From Synechococcus sp. (GTDB lineage: Bacteria > Cyanobacteriota > Cyanobacteriia > PCC-6307 > Cyanobiaceae): a stretch of DNA of 64,000 nucleotides. The position numbers were made by a program, and so were the translations under genes. Positions 53,864-63,387 of the stretch are shown in pieces. The notes beneath the pieces were generated by a model that searched no databases, was not told the DNA's origin, and saw nothing but the letters and a program-made list of their open reading frames with translations. The stretch covers positions 2,848,136-2,912,135 of the forward strand of contig JBJBDC010000001.1 of NCBI GenBank assembly GCA_047285535.1. Direction: 5' to 3'. Each line of letters opens with the position of its first letter. Position 1 is the first letter of the stretch.

Positions 53864-54625
53864 TTGAGCTTGGATCCTGTGCCTCACTCTCTGCAATTGA
53901 TCGGAGTAGGACCTGGTGATCCAGAGCTTCTCACCATTGCTGCTGTCCGTGCGATTGAAGCTGCGGATGTGGTGGCTTATCCCGTGGCGCGAGCGAATGC
54001 AGATGGGATGGCTTGCTCCATCGCCTCGCGTTGGATTCGCTCAGATCAGCGGCGGTTACCTCTGATCTTTCCGATGGTCACTGAAGCGGAGCCCCGTTTA
54101 AAGGCTTGGCGTCATGCCGCCGACAGCCTTGCTTCAGAGGTGCGACGCGGACTTGCAGTGGTTTTGCTATGCGAAGGCGATCCATCACTGTTTGCAACTG
54201 GCAGTTATGTGCAACTGGCACTTCGCCATCAGCATCCTGATCTGCTCTTCAGGGTGATTCCAGGCATTCCATCCGTCTGTGCAGCAGCAGCTGCCAGTGC
54301 TGACTTGGCGATGGACTGGCCGCTTGCTTTACAAGAGGACGGGTTGCTGATCCGCCCCTGTCCTGACCAAGAACTCGAACTGGTGGCATTGCTTGATTTG
54401 GCTCGCTCGAGCTCCATGGTGCTGGCTTTAATCAAGCTGGGAAAGCGTTGGGCATGGGTTAGGGCCTGTTTAGAGACTCGTCAGCTTCTTGATTGCTCTT
54501 TATTCGCGCAAAGGGTTGGTTGGCCTGATCAGGTGTTGGCACGGGCAATCGATCTGCCTGGTGGAATACAGCCATATTTCTCCATGCTGCTGGTTCGGCA
54601 GACTTGGCCTGAGGTGTTGCCTTGA
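53864..54625 (+). CDS. cobI: Precorrin-2 C20-methyltransferase
   Basis: IGVGPGDPELLT, FPM, CEGDPSLF, VIPGI, PYFS. Start uncertain. Confidence 0.9.
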   Translation: MSLDPVPHSLQLIGVGPGDPELLTIAAVRAIEAADVVAYPVARANADGMACSIASRWIRSDQRRLPLIFPMVTEAEPRLKAWRHAADSLASEVRRGLAVVLLCEGDPSLFATGSYVQLALRHQHPDLLFRVIPGIPSVCAAAAASADLAMDWPLALQEDGLLIRPCPDQELELVALLDLARSSSMVLALIKLGKRWAWVRACLETRQLLDCSLFAQRVGWPDQVLARAIDLPGGIQPYFSMLLVRQTWPEVLP

Positions 54626-55248
54626 TTGATAGCGTTCCGTTTCTCACTTCCATGAACTGGATCGGGCTGATTCATCCCGTTTTGATGATTCTGTTCGTTT
54701 ATCCGGTGGTGGGGGCCACGATTCGGTTGGGCATTTTGGCTCGGGAACGAAGGCTGGACCTCAATCCGATAGCCCCTACGGTGCCGGTCGAGCATGCCGA
54801 CCATGGTCGTTGGGTCACCGGGGGGATGGTCTTGGCGGTGTTGGTGGCGTTGTTTCACAACGCACTGGCTGGAGGGATGCAGTCTGATCAGATGCTGGGT
54901 TTTTTGCTGGCTGTAATTGGTGCTGCAGCGGCTTACGTGGCGTTGTTAGGTGCCAAAGGAGTCATCGCAAAGATGTTGTGGGCAGCAGCCTGTTGGTTCA
55001 CCCTGATCCTGATTGCCTCACAGCCTGCCTTGCTCCAGTGGCGTCAGGCCTACCCAACAGCGGTTTGGCAGTCGCATCTTTGGGGTGGTTCAGCTCTCAT
55101 CGCCCTCATGTTGGCTGCCGTGGTGATGCAGAAGCAGATTGCTGGTCGGCTCTGGATGCGACGGCTGCATGTGTCGATGAATATTGTTGTTGCTTTGTTG
55201 CTAGCCACGCAGGCAATCACGGGGACGCGGGATCTTTTCATGCGCTGA
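54622..55248 (+). CDS. DUF4079-like membrane protein
   Basis: LIHPVLM..EHADHG..SHLWGG..LHVSMN..ITG; multi-TM with conserved His. Confidence 0.8.
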   Translation: MIDSVPFLTSMNWIGLIHPVLMILFVYPVVGATIRLGILARERRLDLNPIAPTVPVEHADHGRWVTGGMVLAVLVALFHNALAGGMQSDQMLGFLLAVIGAAAAYVALLGAKGVIAKMLWAAACWFTLILIASQPALLQWRQAYPTAVWQSHLWGGSALIALMLAAVVMQKQIAGRLWMRRLHVSMNIVVALLLATQAITGTRDLFMR

Positions 55249-57249
55249 GGTTTGGAGTGTGGAAGAGTGCTGCGGGATCAGGCTCGGGTTGAAGGGGCTG
55301 CTCTTTGGTGGTGCGATCAGTCGCCGGACTAGGGCCAGCAAGGCACGGCCTTCCTGAGGTGCCTGCCGATCAACCCAGCATCCCGGCCGGCAAAACAGCC
55401 AGCGGATCAGGGCATAGCGCTCTTGCCGCGGCAAGTGTCCCCAGTGGAGAAGGGCTTCTGTCTCTGTTGTGTGCATCAAGTTCACTGGTAAAGCCGGCAG
55501 CTCTTGGCACCAGCGCAGCCTGGAACTGGCAACCCATGGCAAGGGCGAACGGGAGTAGGTGATCCTGGCGCCGCTTTCGCTTAAGGCCGTAATGCAGCAG
55601 GGGTAACGGTGCCCCCCGTCGTCTTCGATCCAGGCTTCTGTTTTGAGCTTCTGCCAGGGGTAAAGATCCTTTGCCGCAGGATCCCAGCAAGCACGAATCG
55701 CCACGAGCAAGCTGAGCAGATTGATCAGGCCCCAGACCAATCCAACAGGTCGACCAGCCAAAACCTGATCCGGGAGATGGCTGCCATTGGACAGCAGACC
55801 GTGGAGATTTACCAGATTGAACAGCGCCAGGGCCAGGAGCGGAACTAACAGCTGCAGGCTGTAGCTCCCGCGGTCACGGCGCTGATGTTTAGGTGTGACC
55901 CGAAATCCACTGATGCGTCCCACAAGGTTGGTCAGCACGGTCATGGTGAGGGGAACGGTGAGTACCCAGCCGGTGAGCTCGCTCAAGAAGGCTGTTCTTG
56001 AACCTCGGTTGATCCAGCTCAGGCTCAATACTTGCAAACACCAAAGAGGAAATAACAGGGTCAACGCGGCTTGGACAGTCAGTAGAATTGGAACGATTCC
56101 GAGCAGGCCATAGCTGAGGGGCATCAACATCAGCACCAGCCTTGGCACGTTGTTGAACCAATGCATCGCGCCCTCCAGGTAGGCAATGCGTTGCCCAAGA
56201 GATAGCCCTTCACATCGCACTGGACCGCTTCTGAGCCGAAGGCTTTGCAACGTGCCAGAGGCCCAGCGTTGCCTCTGTCGTACAAAATCAGCCATGGTTT
56301 CAGCGGCCAAGCCAGCGCTGAGCTTTTCTTGTAAGTACAGCAGTCGCCAGTGATGACGACGCAGACTGATTCCGGTGACGAAATCCTCCGAGATGGCTGG
56401 TTCTACGAAGCCCCCGATCTGATCAAGTGCTTTCCGTTTCAAGACAAAGGAGGTGCCGGCGCAAACAACAGCTCCCCAGCCATCGCGGATGGGTTCGATC
56501 CAGCGATAGAAACTCTCTTCATCTGAGAGTAGCCAGTCTTCCATTGCCAGATTGCGCATCACTGGGTCGGCGTTGATGAACGTCTGCGGGGTCTGAATGA
56601 GGGCGACATCAGGGTCGAGAAGAAAGCCAATGCTGTGATCGAGAAATGTTCGCTGGGGGATGAAGTCAGCATCGAAAACGGCTATCAGTTCGCCCTTGCA
56701 ATGGCGCAGCCCATAGTTGAGATTGCCGGCCTTTGCATTCACTCGTTCCGGGCGGTGAAGGTATCGGCATCCAAGGCCGGTCACTAACGACTGCACCTCT
56801 TGGCGATTGCTGTCATCAAGAACCCACACTTTGGTGTGGGGATAGGACAAGTTTGTGCAGCCAATCAGGGTGCGTTCCAGCACATTTAAAGGCTCGCCAT
56901 AGGTCGGGATCAAGATGTCCACGTCTGGACGCCACCCGCTATCAGCCCAGCGCTGATGTCGTTGGTCGATCTCTTGCCGGCGATCTGGGAACGGTTGCCA
57001 AGCCAACCAGAGCGGAACCAATCCACCCAGCAACAACCAGGCCTCAGCGAGCAGGAGCAGCACGCTGAGGGTGATCGATAAGCGACTATCGAAGTTGAGG
57101 CTGGAGGTCACTCTCCAGATCAAATAGCGAAAGGTGAACAGACTGATCAGCAGGATCAGGCTGCGCCGTCCCCAGATCGGGGTGTCTTGTTCGGGGCGAC
57201 GGATCAGCCAGAGCGGCCAGAGCAGCAGCAGAAGAAACAACGCATTCAT
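55201..57249 (-). CDS. Cellulose-synthase (BcsA)-like processive GT2
   Basis: PTYGE, DDS, KAGNLN, FDAD, QTPQ, SED, QRQRW motifs plus multiple TM helices. Confidence 0.88.
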   Translation of the reverse strand: MNALFLLLLLWPLWLIRRPEQDTPIWGRRSLILLISLFTFRYLIWRVTSSLNFDSRLSITLSVLLLLAEAWLLLGGLVPLWLAWQPFPDRRQEIDQRHQRWADSGWRPDVDILIPTYGEPLNVLERTLIGCTNLSYPHTKVWVLDDSNRQEVQSLVTGLGCRYLHRPERVNAKAGNLNYGLRHCKGELIAVFDADFIPQRTFLDHSIGFLLDPDVALIQTPQTFINADPVMRNLAMEDWLLSDEESFYRWIEPIRDGWGAVVCAGTSFVLKRKALDQIGGFVEPAISEDFVTGISLRRHHWRLLYLQEKLSAGLAAETMADFVRQRQRWASGTLQSLRLRSGPVRCEGLSLGQRIAYLEGAMHWFNNVPRLVLMLMPLSYGLLGIVPILLTVQAALTLLFPLWCLQVLSLSWINRGSRTAFLSELTGWVLTVPLTMTVLTNLVGRISGFRVTPKHQRRDRGSYSLQLLVPLLALALFNLVNLHGLLSNGSHLPDQVLAGRPVGLVWGLINLLSLLVAIRACWDPAAKDLYPWQKLKTEAWIEDDGGHRYPCCITALSESGARITYSRSPLPWVASSRLRWCQELPALPVNLMHTTETEALLHWGHLPRQERYALIRWLFCRPGCWVDRQAPQEGRALLALVRRLIAPPKSSPFNPSLIPQHSSTLQTSAHEKIPRPRDCLRG

Positions 57250-58241
57250 TCCATTCGCTGCATCTGTTGATCGAGCAAATCAAGGGCCGTGGCGGGCGTG
57301 GGCGCGCGCATCAGCTGTTGCCGAAACTGGGATGCGCCCTGGAAGCCAGTGCAGGTCCAGCTCATGTGTTTCCGGGCAATCAAGAGGCCGTGATCTCCAC
57401 GAGCCTCGATCAGCGCCAGGAGTTGCTCCTTGGCGAGGGCTAAGCGCGCCATCGGTGCGGGTGTGGCTGGAATCGGCCGATCACTGAGTGCTGCATCGAT
57501 TTGGCCCAAAAGCCAAGGGGCACCCATGCTTCCGCGACCCACCATCACGCCATCGGCACCAGTGATATGGAGACATAGAAGGGCATCCTCTGGGCTGTTC
57601 ACATCCCCGTTGGCAATGACAGGAATGTTCAGAGCTGCTTTAACTGCGGCAATGGCGTTCCAATCCGCAGTGCCGCTGAAGCGTTGCTCTCGCGTGCGCC
57701 CGTGGAGCGTCAGCATTCGCGCCCCTGCCTCCTCCAAGCGTCGGCACCAGTTCACGGCGGCCTCAGCCCCTACAGCGTTGTGTTCACCACACCAGCCGAG
57801 ACGGGTTTTCACCGTGACCGGAAGTCCCACTGCGGCCACTACGGTGTCGACAATTCTGCAAGCCAGATCCGGGTCACGAATCAGACCGCTGCCACCGCCT
57901 TTTCGGGCGATTTTGCGAACAGGACAGCCCATATTGATGTCGATCAGAAAGGCTCCGGCATCGGCCGCACGACGGGCTGCATCGGCCATGGCGTCGGGAT
58001 GGTGATCAAACAGCTGTACCCCGATGGGCCCTGTTTCCTCCTGCAGACCGTCCATCTTGAGCTGTCCGTGGCCCAATTCAAGGCTGGTGGCATTCACCAT
58101 TTCGGTAAATAGCAATGCATCGGGAGCCCAGCGGCGCACCAGTTGCCTGAAGATTCGATCGCTGACGCCAGCGAGAGGGGATTGGAGTGCGCGGCATCTG
58201 AGTTGTCGCTCTAAAAGTCGACCCTGAATCTTCAGCGGCAT
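57246..58241 (-). CDS. dusB: tRNA-dihydrouridine synthase
   Basis: PLAGVSD, DINMGCP, VKTRLG, LHGRT, ANGDV, VMVGRG. Confidence 0.94.
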   Translation of the reverse strand: MPLKIQGRLLERQLRCRALQSPLAGVSDRIFRQLVRRWAPDALLFTEMVNATSLELGHGQLKMDGLQEETGPIGVQLFDHHPDAMADAARRAADAGAFLIDINMGCPVRKIARKGGGSGLIRDPDLACRIVDTVVAAVGLPVTVKTRLGWCGEHNAVGAEAAVNWCRRLEEAGARMLTLHGRTREQRFSGTADWNAIAAVKAALNIPVIANGDVNSPEDALLCLHITGADGVMVGRGSMGAPWLLGQIDAALSDRPIPATPAPMARLALAKEQLLALIEARGDHGLLIARKHMSWTCTGFQGASQFRQQLMRAPTPATALDLLDQQMQRME

Positions 58242-58328
58242 GGCCAGAGGCCGAAGACACTCTCATTGTGCTGGTCCGAAAGAGGCTCCTTTCGCGCACT
58301 GGCAGTTCGGACAACAGTTGTGACTGTT

Positions 58329-58424
58329 ATGTCTTCAACCATGTCTTCAACCATGTCTTCAACAGCGTCTTGAATCGTGTCTTGAATGTTCCATTTCTGG
58401 TTCATCTTCTGGTTCATCGTTGGT
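58329..58424. repeat. Degenerate 12-bp tandem repeat (8 units)
   Basis: ATGTCTTCAACC x2, ATGTCTTCAACA, GCGTCTTGAATC, GTGTCTTGAATG, TTCCATTTCTGG, TTCATCTTCTGG, TTCATCGTTGGT. Confidence 0.85.
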
Positions 58425-58498
58425 GACCGCCACCCCCATTTTTTTGCTTCTCAAGGTACGGTGCTGGGGCGAAAGATGGATGTTTCCGGTCTGCTCGT

Positions 58499-58960
58499 AT
58501 GTCCTCAACATTCTGGCCTCTTAGCCGGCTGTTATTGGAGCGAATCCTGGAAGATCGCATCAGTGATCGTTTTGTAGCGGAGAGGGTCTGGGAGCGCCTG
58601 GGGTATCAGCAGGAAGGCCCAGGCCTGATCTGGATGGCCGGGTCTGAGACACCTTCTGTATGGCAAGAGGCCTTCCCCCTGGCTCCTGAAGTCATCAGTC
58701 TTCGTTCTGCGTCAGTACAGCTCACCCGCTCGATTCCGCGCCAGTTCAAACAATTACTGAAAGAGCAGCTGGAGTTTCCTGGCTATCGAATTGGTGAGCT
58801 TTACCCTCGACGTACGCGTCGGGCCACAGCCGTCAATTGGCTTTTGGCATGGCTGGCATCCCGTGGTCAGGTGCTGGCAGAGGAAGGGCCCCTGCCGCAG
58901 CTGCTTGACCCGCCTCTCAACCCTGTGAGTGGTCATCCCGGAGATTTGCCCGTGACTTGA
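58499..58960 (+). CDS. DUF1823-like cyanobacterial protein
   Basis: VWERLGY..SVQLTRSIP..KQLLKEQL.F.GY..RRTRRATAVNWLL. Confidence 0.8.
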   Translation: MSSTFWPLSRLLLERILEDRISDRFVAERVWERLGYQQEGPGLIWMAGSETPSVWQEAFPLAPEVISLRSASVQLTRSIPRQFKQLLKEQLEFPGYRIGELYPRRTRRATAVNWLLAWLASRGQVLAEEGPLPQLLDPPLNPVSGHPGDLPVT

Positions 58961-58963
58961 GGG

Positions 58964-59347
58964 CTAGGCCTGAATAATGACCTTGGTCCCTTTAGGCGTG
59001 TTTTCGAATAGCCATCGAGCTTGATGGGTGGGCATGCGCACGCAGCCGTTACTTCTAGGCACCCCAAAGGGTTGGCCAGCATTTTCTTGCCAGGGAGCGG
59101 CATGCATGCAGATCGCTTCGTTCGCTGTGATGCACATGGCGTAGGGAACGTTCGGCGAGATATAGTCACGTCCACGCATCGTGACCGAACGGTATTTCGT
59201 GAGCACGGAAGCATGCCCTGTGGGTGTGGGCGAGGAAGCTTTGCCAGTACTCACGGGGATCACCCTGACTGTTTGCTCTTTCTGGTCCAGGACGGTGAGG
59301 GTCTGATCGGAGAGATCAACCACGAGCGTTGCAATGAGTTCGAGCAT
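58964..59347 (-). CDS. Minimal L,D-transpeptidase (YkuD) domain protein
   Basis: VVDLSDQ, VSTG..TPTG, MHAAPW..SNGCVRM. Confidence 0.85.
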   Translation of the reverse strand: MLELIATLVVDLSDQTLTVLDQKEQTVRVIPVSTGKASSPTPTGHASVLTKYRSVTMRGRDYISPNVPYAMCITANEAICMHAAPWQENAGQPFGVPRSNGCVRMPTHQARWLFENTPKGTKVIIQA

Positions 59348-59480
59348 GTCTGTGACGCCGTAGCAGCTGTCCCAGGCCTAGCCATCTTGCGTGCGTCTCA
59401 TTGGTCTCTTTCTGAATGATTTCGCATTTCTTTGATGGGTCACCTCTGTACTGTCAAGACTGTTGTTCTCTACGATTCTC

Positions 59481-60848
59481 TTGGCACGTCCGGTCGTCGC
59501 CATCATCGGCCGTCCCAACGTCGGCAAGTCGACTTTGGTGAATCGACTGTGTCGGAGTCGTGAAGCCATCGTTCACGATCAGCCTGGAGTGACGCGTGAT
59601 CGTACGTATCAGGATGGGTACTGGGGAGATCGAGAGTTCAAGGTTGTGGACACCGGTGGTTTGGTGTTTGATGACGACAGTGAATTCCTTCCTGAGATTC
59701 GGCAGCAGGCCAGTCTGGCCCTGGCTGAAGCCAGTGTGGCGTTGGTGATTGTTGATGGTCAACAGGGCCTGACCGCAGCCGATGAATCGATTGCGGAATG
59801 GCTTCGCACGCAGAATTGTCAGACCCTTCTTGCGGTCAACAAGTGTGAGTCTGTTGAGCAAGGGCTTGCCATGGCTGCAGAGTTCTGGAGGCTTGGCCTT
59901 GGAGAACCTCATCCGATTTCGGCGATCCATGGGGCTGGCACAGGCGAGCTGTTGGATCAGGTGCTCAACTTTTTGCCTCCGAAGGATGAGGAGAGCGATG
60001 ACAATGAGCCAATCCAGCTTGCGATCATTGGGCGACCCAATGTGGGAAAGTCCAGCTTGCTTAATGCGATTTGTGGCGAAACCCGGGCGATTGTTAGTCC
60101 GATTCGTGGGACCACTAGAGACACCATTGATACGCGCATTGAACGAGAGAATCGTCCTTGGCGATTGATCGATACAGCAGGGATTCGCCGGCGCCGCAGT
60201 GTGAATTATGGGCCTGAATTTTTTGGAATCAACCGTAGTTTCAAAGCGATTGAACGGAGTGATGTTTGCATTTTAGTGATTGATGCTCTTGACGGGGTGA
60301 CGGAGCAGGATCAACGCCTGGCTGGTCGCATCGAAGAAGACGGCCGTGCTTGCGTTGTGGTGGTGAATAAGTGGGACGCAGTCGAAAAAGACAGTCACAC
60401 CATGACGGCGATGGAGAAGGAGCTTCGCGCCAAGCTTTATTTCCTTGATTGGGCTCCCATGCTGTTTACTTCTGCCCTTACGGGGCAGCGTGTGGATAGC
60501 ATTTTCGCTCTTGCGGCTCTTGCCGTAGAGCAGCACCGCCGAAGGGTGACGACATCGGTTGTGAATGAAGTGCTGAAGGAAGCCCTCAGCTGGCGGAGTC
60601 CACCAACGACACGAGGTGGCAGGCAGGGTCGCTTGTATTACGGCACTCAGGTGGCGAGTCGCCCGCCAAGTTTTACTCTCTTTGTGAATGACCCAAAGCT
60701 GTTTGGAGACACATATCGCCGTTATGTGGAGCGGCAAATTCGTGAAGGTCTCGGTTTTGATGGCACTCCAGTGAAGCTGTTCTGGCGTGGTAAGCAGCAG
60801 CGTGATGCAGAACGTGATCTGGTCCGCCAGCAGAACCGCCAAGGTTGA
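59481..60848 (+). CDS. der: Ribosome biogenesis GTPase Der/EngA
   Basis: Two GRPNVGKS G-domains plus KH-like tail; start set at TTG 59481. Confidence 0.97.
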   Translation: MARPVVAIIGRPNVGKSTLVNRLCRSREAIVHDQPGVTRDRTYQDGYWGDREFKVVDTGGLVFDDDSEFLPEIRQQASLALAEASVALVIVDGQQGLTAADESIAEWLRTQNCQTLLAVNKCESVEQGLAMAAEFWRLGLGEPHPISAIHGAGTGELLDQVLNFLPPKDEESDDNEPIQLAIIGRPNVGKSSLLNAICGETRAIVSPIRGTTRDTIDTRIERENRPWRLIDTAGIRRRRSVNYGPEFFGINRSFKAIERSDVCILVIDALDGVTEQDQRLAGRIEEDGRACVVVVNKWDAVEKDSHTMTAMEKELRAKLYFLDWAPMLFTSALTGQRVDSIFALAALAVEQHRRRVTTSVVNEVLKEALSWRSPPTTRGGRQGRLYYGTQVASRPPSFTLFVNDPKLFGDTYRRYVERQIREGLGFDGTPVKLFWRGKQQRDAERDLVRQQNRQG

Positions 60849-61738
60849 TCCCCATGGACTGGTTGCGACAGATCCCGATCGGACAGTATGTCGATGGCCG
60901 CGCTGGATGGCTCCGCCAGATCGATCCCCGGTTGAAGCTGGGCTGGGTGGTGATGTTTTTGTTGACCCCCGTTCTTGCTGGTCCGGTTTGGCGTCTTGGA
61001 CTTGTGCTGTCTTTGATGGCGATCACCGCCGTGAGTGGTTTGCCCCCCAGGTTGTGGTGGCGTTCTCTGCTCTTGGTCTTCTCCCTTGGTGTTGGCATCG
61101 GCCTATTGGCTTTGTTACTGCCCACGGGTGATCCTGTGGCTAGCCATTCCATTCGCCCTGTTCAAGAATTGCAAGGTTTGTCACTACAGACGCCTGCTTG
61201 GGATTTAGTTCGGTTGGGGCCTCTGGTGGTGAGTCGACGCTCGGCTGAGCTTGGTCTCAACAGCGCAACGCTGATTGTCACCGTCATGCACAGCGTGAAT
61301 TTGTTGCTGTTATCCACTCCAAGCGAAGACTTGATGTGGGCCTTGAGTTGGTGCTTGTTACCCCTGACCAGATTTGGTGTGCCAGTGGATCGGCTTTGCT
61401 TTCAATTGCTTTTGGCACTGCGTTTCCTTCCGCTGGTTCAAGAAGAACTTCAGAATTTGTTGAGGTCAGTGGCGAGTCGAGCTGTCAATCTTCGTCAGCT
61501 TGGCTTCAAGGCCTCCTTCGGGCTCATCCTTGCGGTGGGCGAACGATTACTCGCTAATATTTTGTTGCGTGCTGAGCAAGGGGCTGATGCCTTGATTGCC
61601 AGAGGTGGGCGTTGGCTTCCTGCCGATTCCTTTCGACCGGTTCAGAATTCATCAGCACTGTCTCGTGTCTTGAATTTGCTGTCATTTCTTGGCCTAATCT
61701 CTTTACTGGGATTGAGAGGCAAGTACGGTTCTCTATAA
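60845..61738 (+). CDS. ECF transporter T component (CbiQ/EcfT-like)
   Basis: PIGQYV..DPRLK..LALRFLP..SRA..ARG. Confidence 0.85.
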   Translation: MIPMDWLRQIPIGQYVDGRAGWLRQIDPRLKLGWVVMFLLTPVLAGPVWRLGLVLSLMAITAVSGLPPRLWWRSLLLVFSLGVGIGLLALLLPTGDPVASHSIRPVQELQGLSLQTPAWDLVRLGPLVVSRRSAELGLNSATLIVTVMHSVNLLLLSTPSEDLMWALSWCLLPLTRFGVPVDRLCFQLLLALRFLPLVQEELQNLLRSVASRAVNLRQLGFKASFGLILAVGERLLANILLRAEQGADALIARGGRWLPADSFRPVQNSSALSRVLNLLSFLGLISLLGLRGKYGSL

Positions 61739-61744
61739 CTAACG

Positions 61745-62023
61745 ATGGATTGTGTTTTGGGAGCAGAGCGTTACCTTAATCATCCCACCTTTGGAATGCT
61801 TTATCAGGTCTCGACCGCTGGAGAAGGGCGTGATCTTTACGCCACTCTTTATGCACAGCGCATGTTCTTCTTGGTGACGCTTCAACCCCGTGGAGCTCAG
61901 TTCGAAGTGATTCCTTATCAGGACGCACGACATCATGCGGAGTTGCACCTAGCCCGTTGCCGACGCGATCGTGCTCCTGATTTTGCAGAGTGGAAGCAGC
62001 TGTTCGATCAAACATTCATTTGA
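61745..62023 (+). CDS. pipX: PII/NtcA-interacting protein PipX
   Basis: ERYLNHPTFGMLYQV..ATLYAQRMFFLV..FDQTF. Confidence 0.95.
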   Translation: MDCVLGAERYLNHPTFGMLYQVSTAGEGRDLYATLYAQRMFFLVTLQPRGAQFEVIPYQDARHHAELHLARCRRDRAPDFAEWKQLFDQTFI

Positions 62024-62697
62024 TGGTGTCCAGCAGTTTTGAATCAGACACGATTGAGGCCCGATGGCGGAGGATTCATCAAGAGTGCCCCGATCTTGTG
62101 AACTTGCTGGCAGTAAGCAAAGGCCACTCAGCAATGGCCGTGCGCGAGCTGGCAGATATTGGTCAGATTGATTTTGGTGAGAGCAGGGTGCAAGAAGCAC
62201 TTCCTAAGCAACAAGAATTGAGCGATATCTCGCAATTGCGCTGGCATTTCATAGGACGCCTTCAGTCGAACAAAGTTAGGGCAGTTGTGCGTGCTTTCCC
62301 CGTCATTCATTCGATTGATTCTCAGGAGTTGGCGGAGAGGACCTCAAGAATTGCCTTAGAGGAAGATCAGATTCCTGAGGTGTTTTTTCAGGTCAAGCTT
62401 CGCGACGATCCAGCGAAAGGTGGATTAGACCCGTTTGCGTTGCGTGAGATTTGGCCAAGGCTTCAGTCTCTTCCTGGCTTGAAGCCAATTGGACTGATGA
62501 CGATGGCTCCTCTTGGCATGGAAGCTGCAGACCGCCAGAACCTCTTCCATGACTGCAGGACTCTGGCGGATGAACTCGGCTTGCCGGATTGCTCAATGGG
62601 GATGAGCGGAGACTGGCAACTAGCTGCTAGGGCTGGTGCTACGTGGGTGCGCTTGGGCTCTGGATTGTTCGGACCCAGGCCAGAACGCTCTATTTAA
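62023..62697 (+). CDS. pipY: PLP-binding protein PipY (YggS)
   Basis: AVSK, FGESRVQE, WHFIGRLQSNK, SMGMSGD, VRLGS. Confidence 0.93.
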   Translation: MVSSSFESDTIEARWRRIHQECPDLVNLLAVSKGHSAMAVRELADIGQIDFGESRVQEALPKQQELSDISQLRWHFIGRLQSNKVRAVVRAFPVIHSIDSQELAERTSRIALEEDQIPEVFFQVKLRDDPAKGGLDPFALREIWPRLQSLPGLKPIGLMTMAPLGMEAADRQNLFHDCRTLADELGLPDCSMGMSGDWQLAARAGATWVRLGSGLFGPRPERSI

Positions 62698-62804
62698 AGG
62701 CCATTGAGCCTGAATATGAGTTGTGATGATGATCAAATCGCCCAGTCACTCTTGCTCACAACTCTGTTCAGCGCTATTCAGGGTCAAGGTTTGATTGCTT
62801 TCAG

Positions 62805-63380
62805 GTGTCGCTTATTTCTCGTCTTCGCGCAGTTGTTGCGGGTGATGATTACCTTGATGGGGATTATGACGATCTCGATTACGACACTGGTGATCAGGAT
62901 GATGTCGAAGACGTCCCGCAGCGTTCTATGGCGAGTGCTCTGGCAACACTAGATTCTGCTAATCCTTTTGAAACTGATCAGTCTTTCTCAGGATCAAATG
63001 TGATCGGGATGCCTGGAATTAGCACAGGCACTGCCGAGGTCTCTCTCATGGAACCTCGCAGTTTTGATGAAATGCCCGCAGCGATTCAAGCCCTGCGAGA
63101 ACGAAAGACTGTGATCCTCAATCTCACAATGATGGAGCCTGATCAAGCGCAACGGGCTGTTGATTTTGTGGCTGGCGGTACTTTTGCGATTGATGGTCAT
63201 CAAGAGCGTGTAGGTGAAAGTATTTTTCTGTTTGCCCCCAGCTGTGTGACCGTGACCAACGTCAGTCAAGACGAAAGTTCCACTCCGACCCACGTTTCCA
63301 AGGATGTAGAGCAAGCCTCTTCAGAAGCCAGCATTGCTCCAACTCCAGCATGGAGTGCAACAAGCGCCACGGCACTTTGA
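62805..63380 (+). CDS. sepF: Cell division protein SepF
   Basis: [24 protein letters not shown]. Confidence 0.95.
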   Translation: MSLISRLRAVVAGDDYLDGDYDDLDYDTGDQDDVEDVPQRSMASALATLDSANPFETDQSFSGSNVIGMPGISTGTAEVSLMEPRSFDEMPAAIQALRERKTVILNLTMMEPDQAQRAVDFVAGGTFAIDGHQERVGESIFLFAPSCVTVTNVSQDESSTPTHVSKDVEQASSEASIAPTPAWSATSATAL

Positions 63381-63387
63381 TCGTTCA

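Noticed and set aside
53597..53896. 99-aa minus-strand ORF as an intact gene
   Set aside because: Only the segment from MTQLSIF to the frameshift looks real; it is better explained as the mtnD relic.
57430..58112. Long antisense ORFs over dusB (and similarly over glpK, der and the thioesterase)
   Set aside because: Shadow ORFs expected opposite GC-rich coding sequence.
58329..58424. CRISPR-like array
   Set aside because: Contiguous 12-bp units without spacers, and no cas genes.
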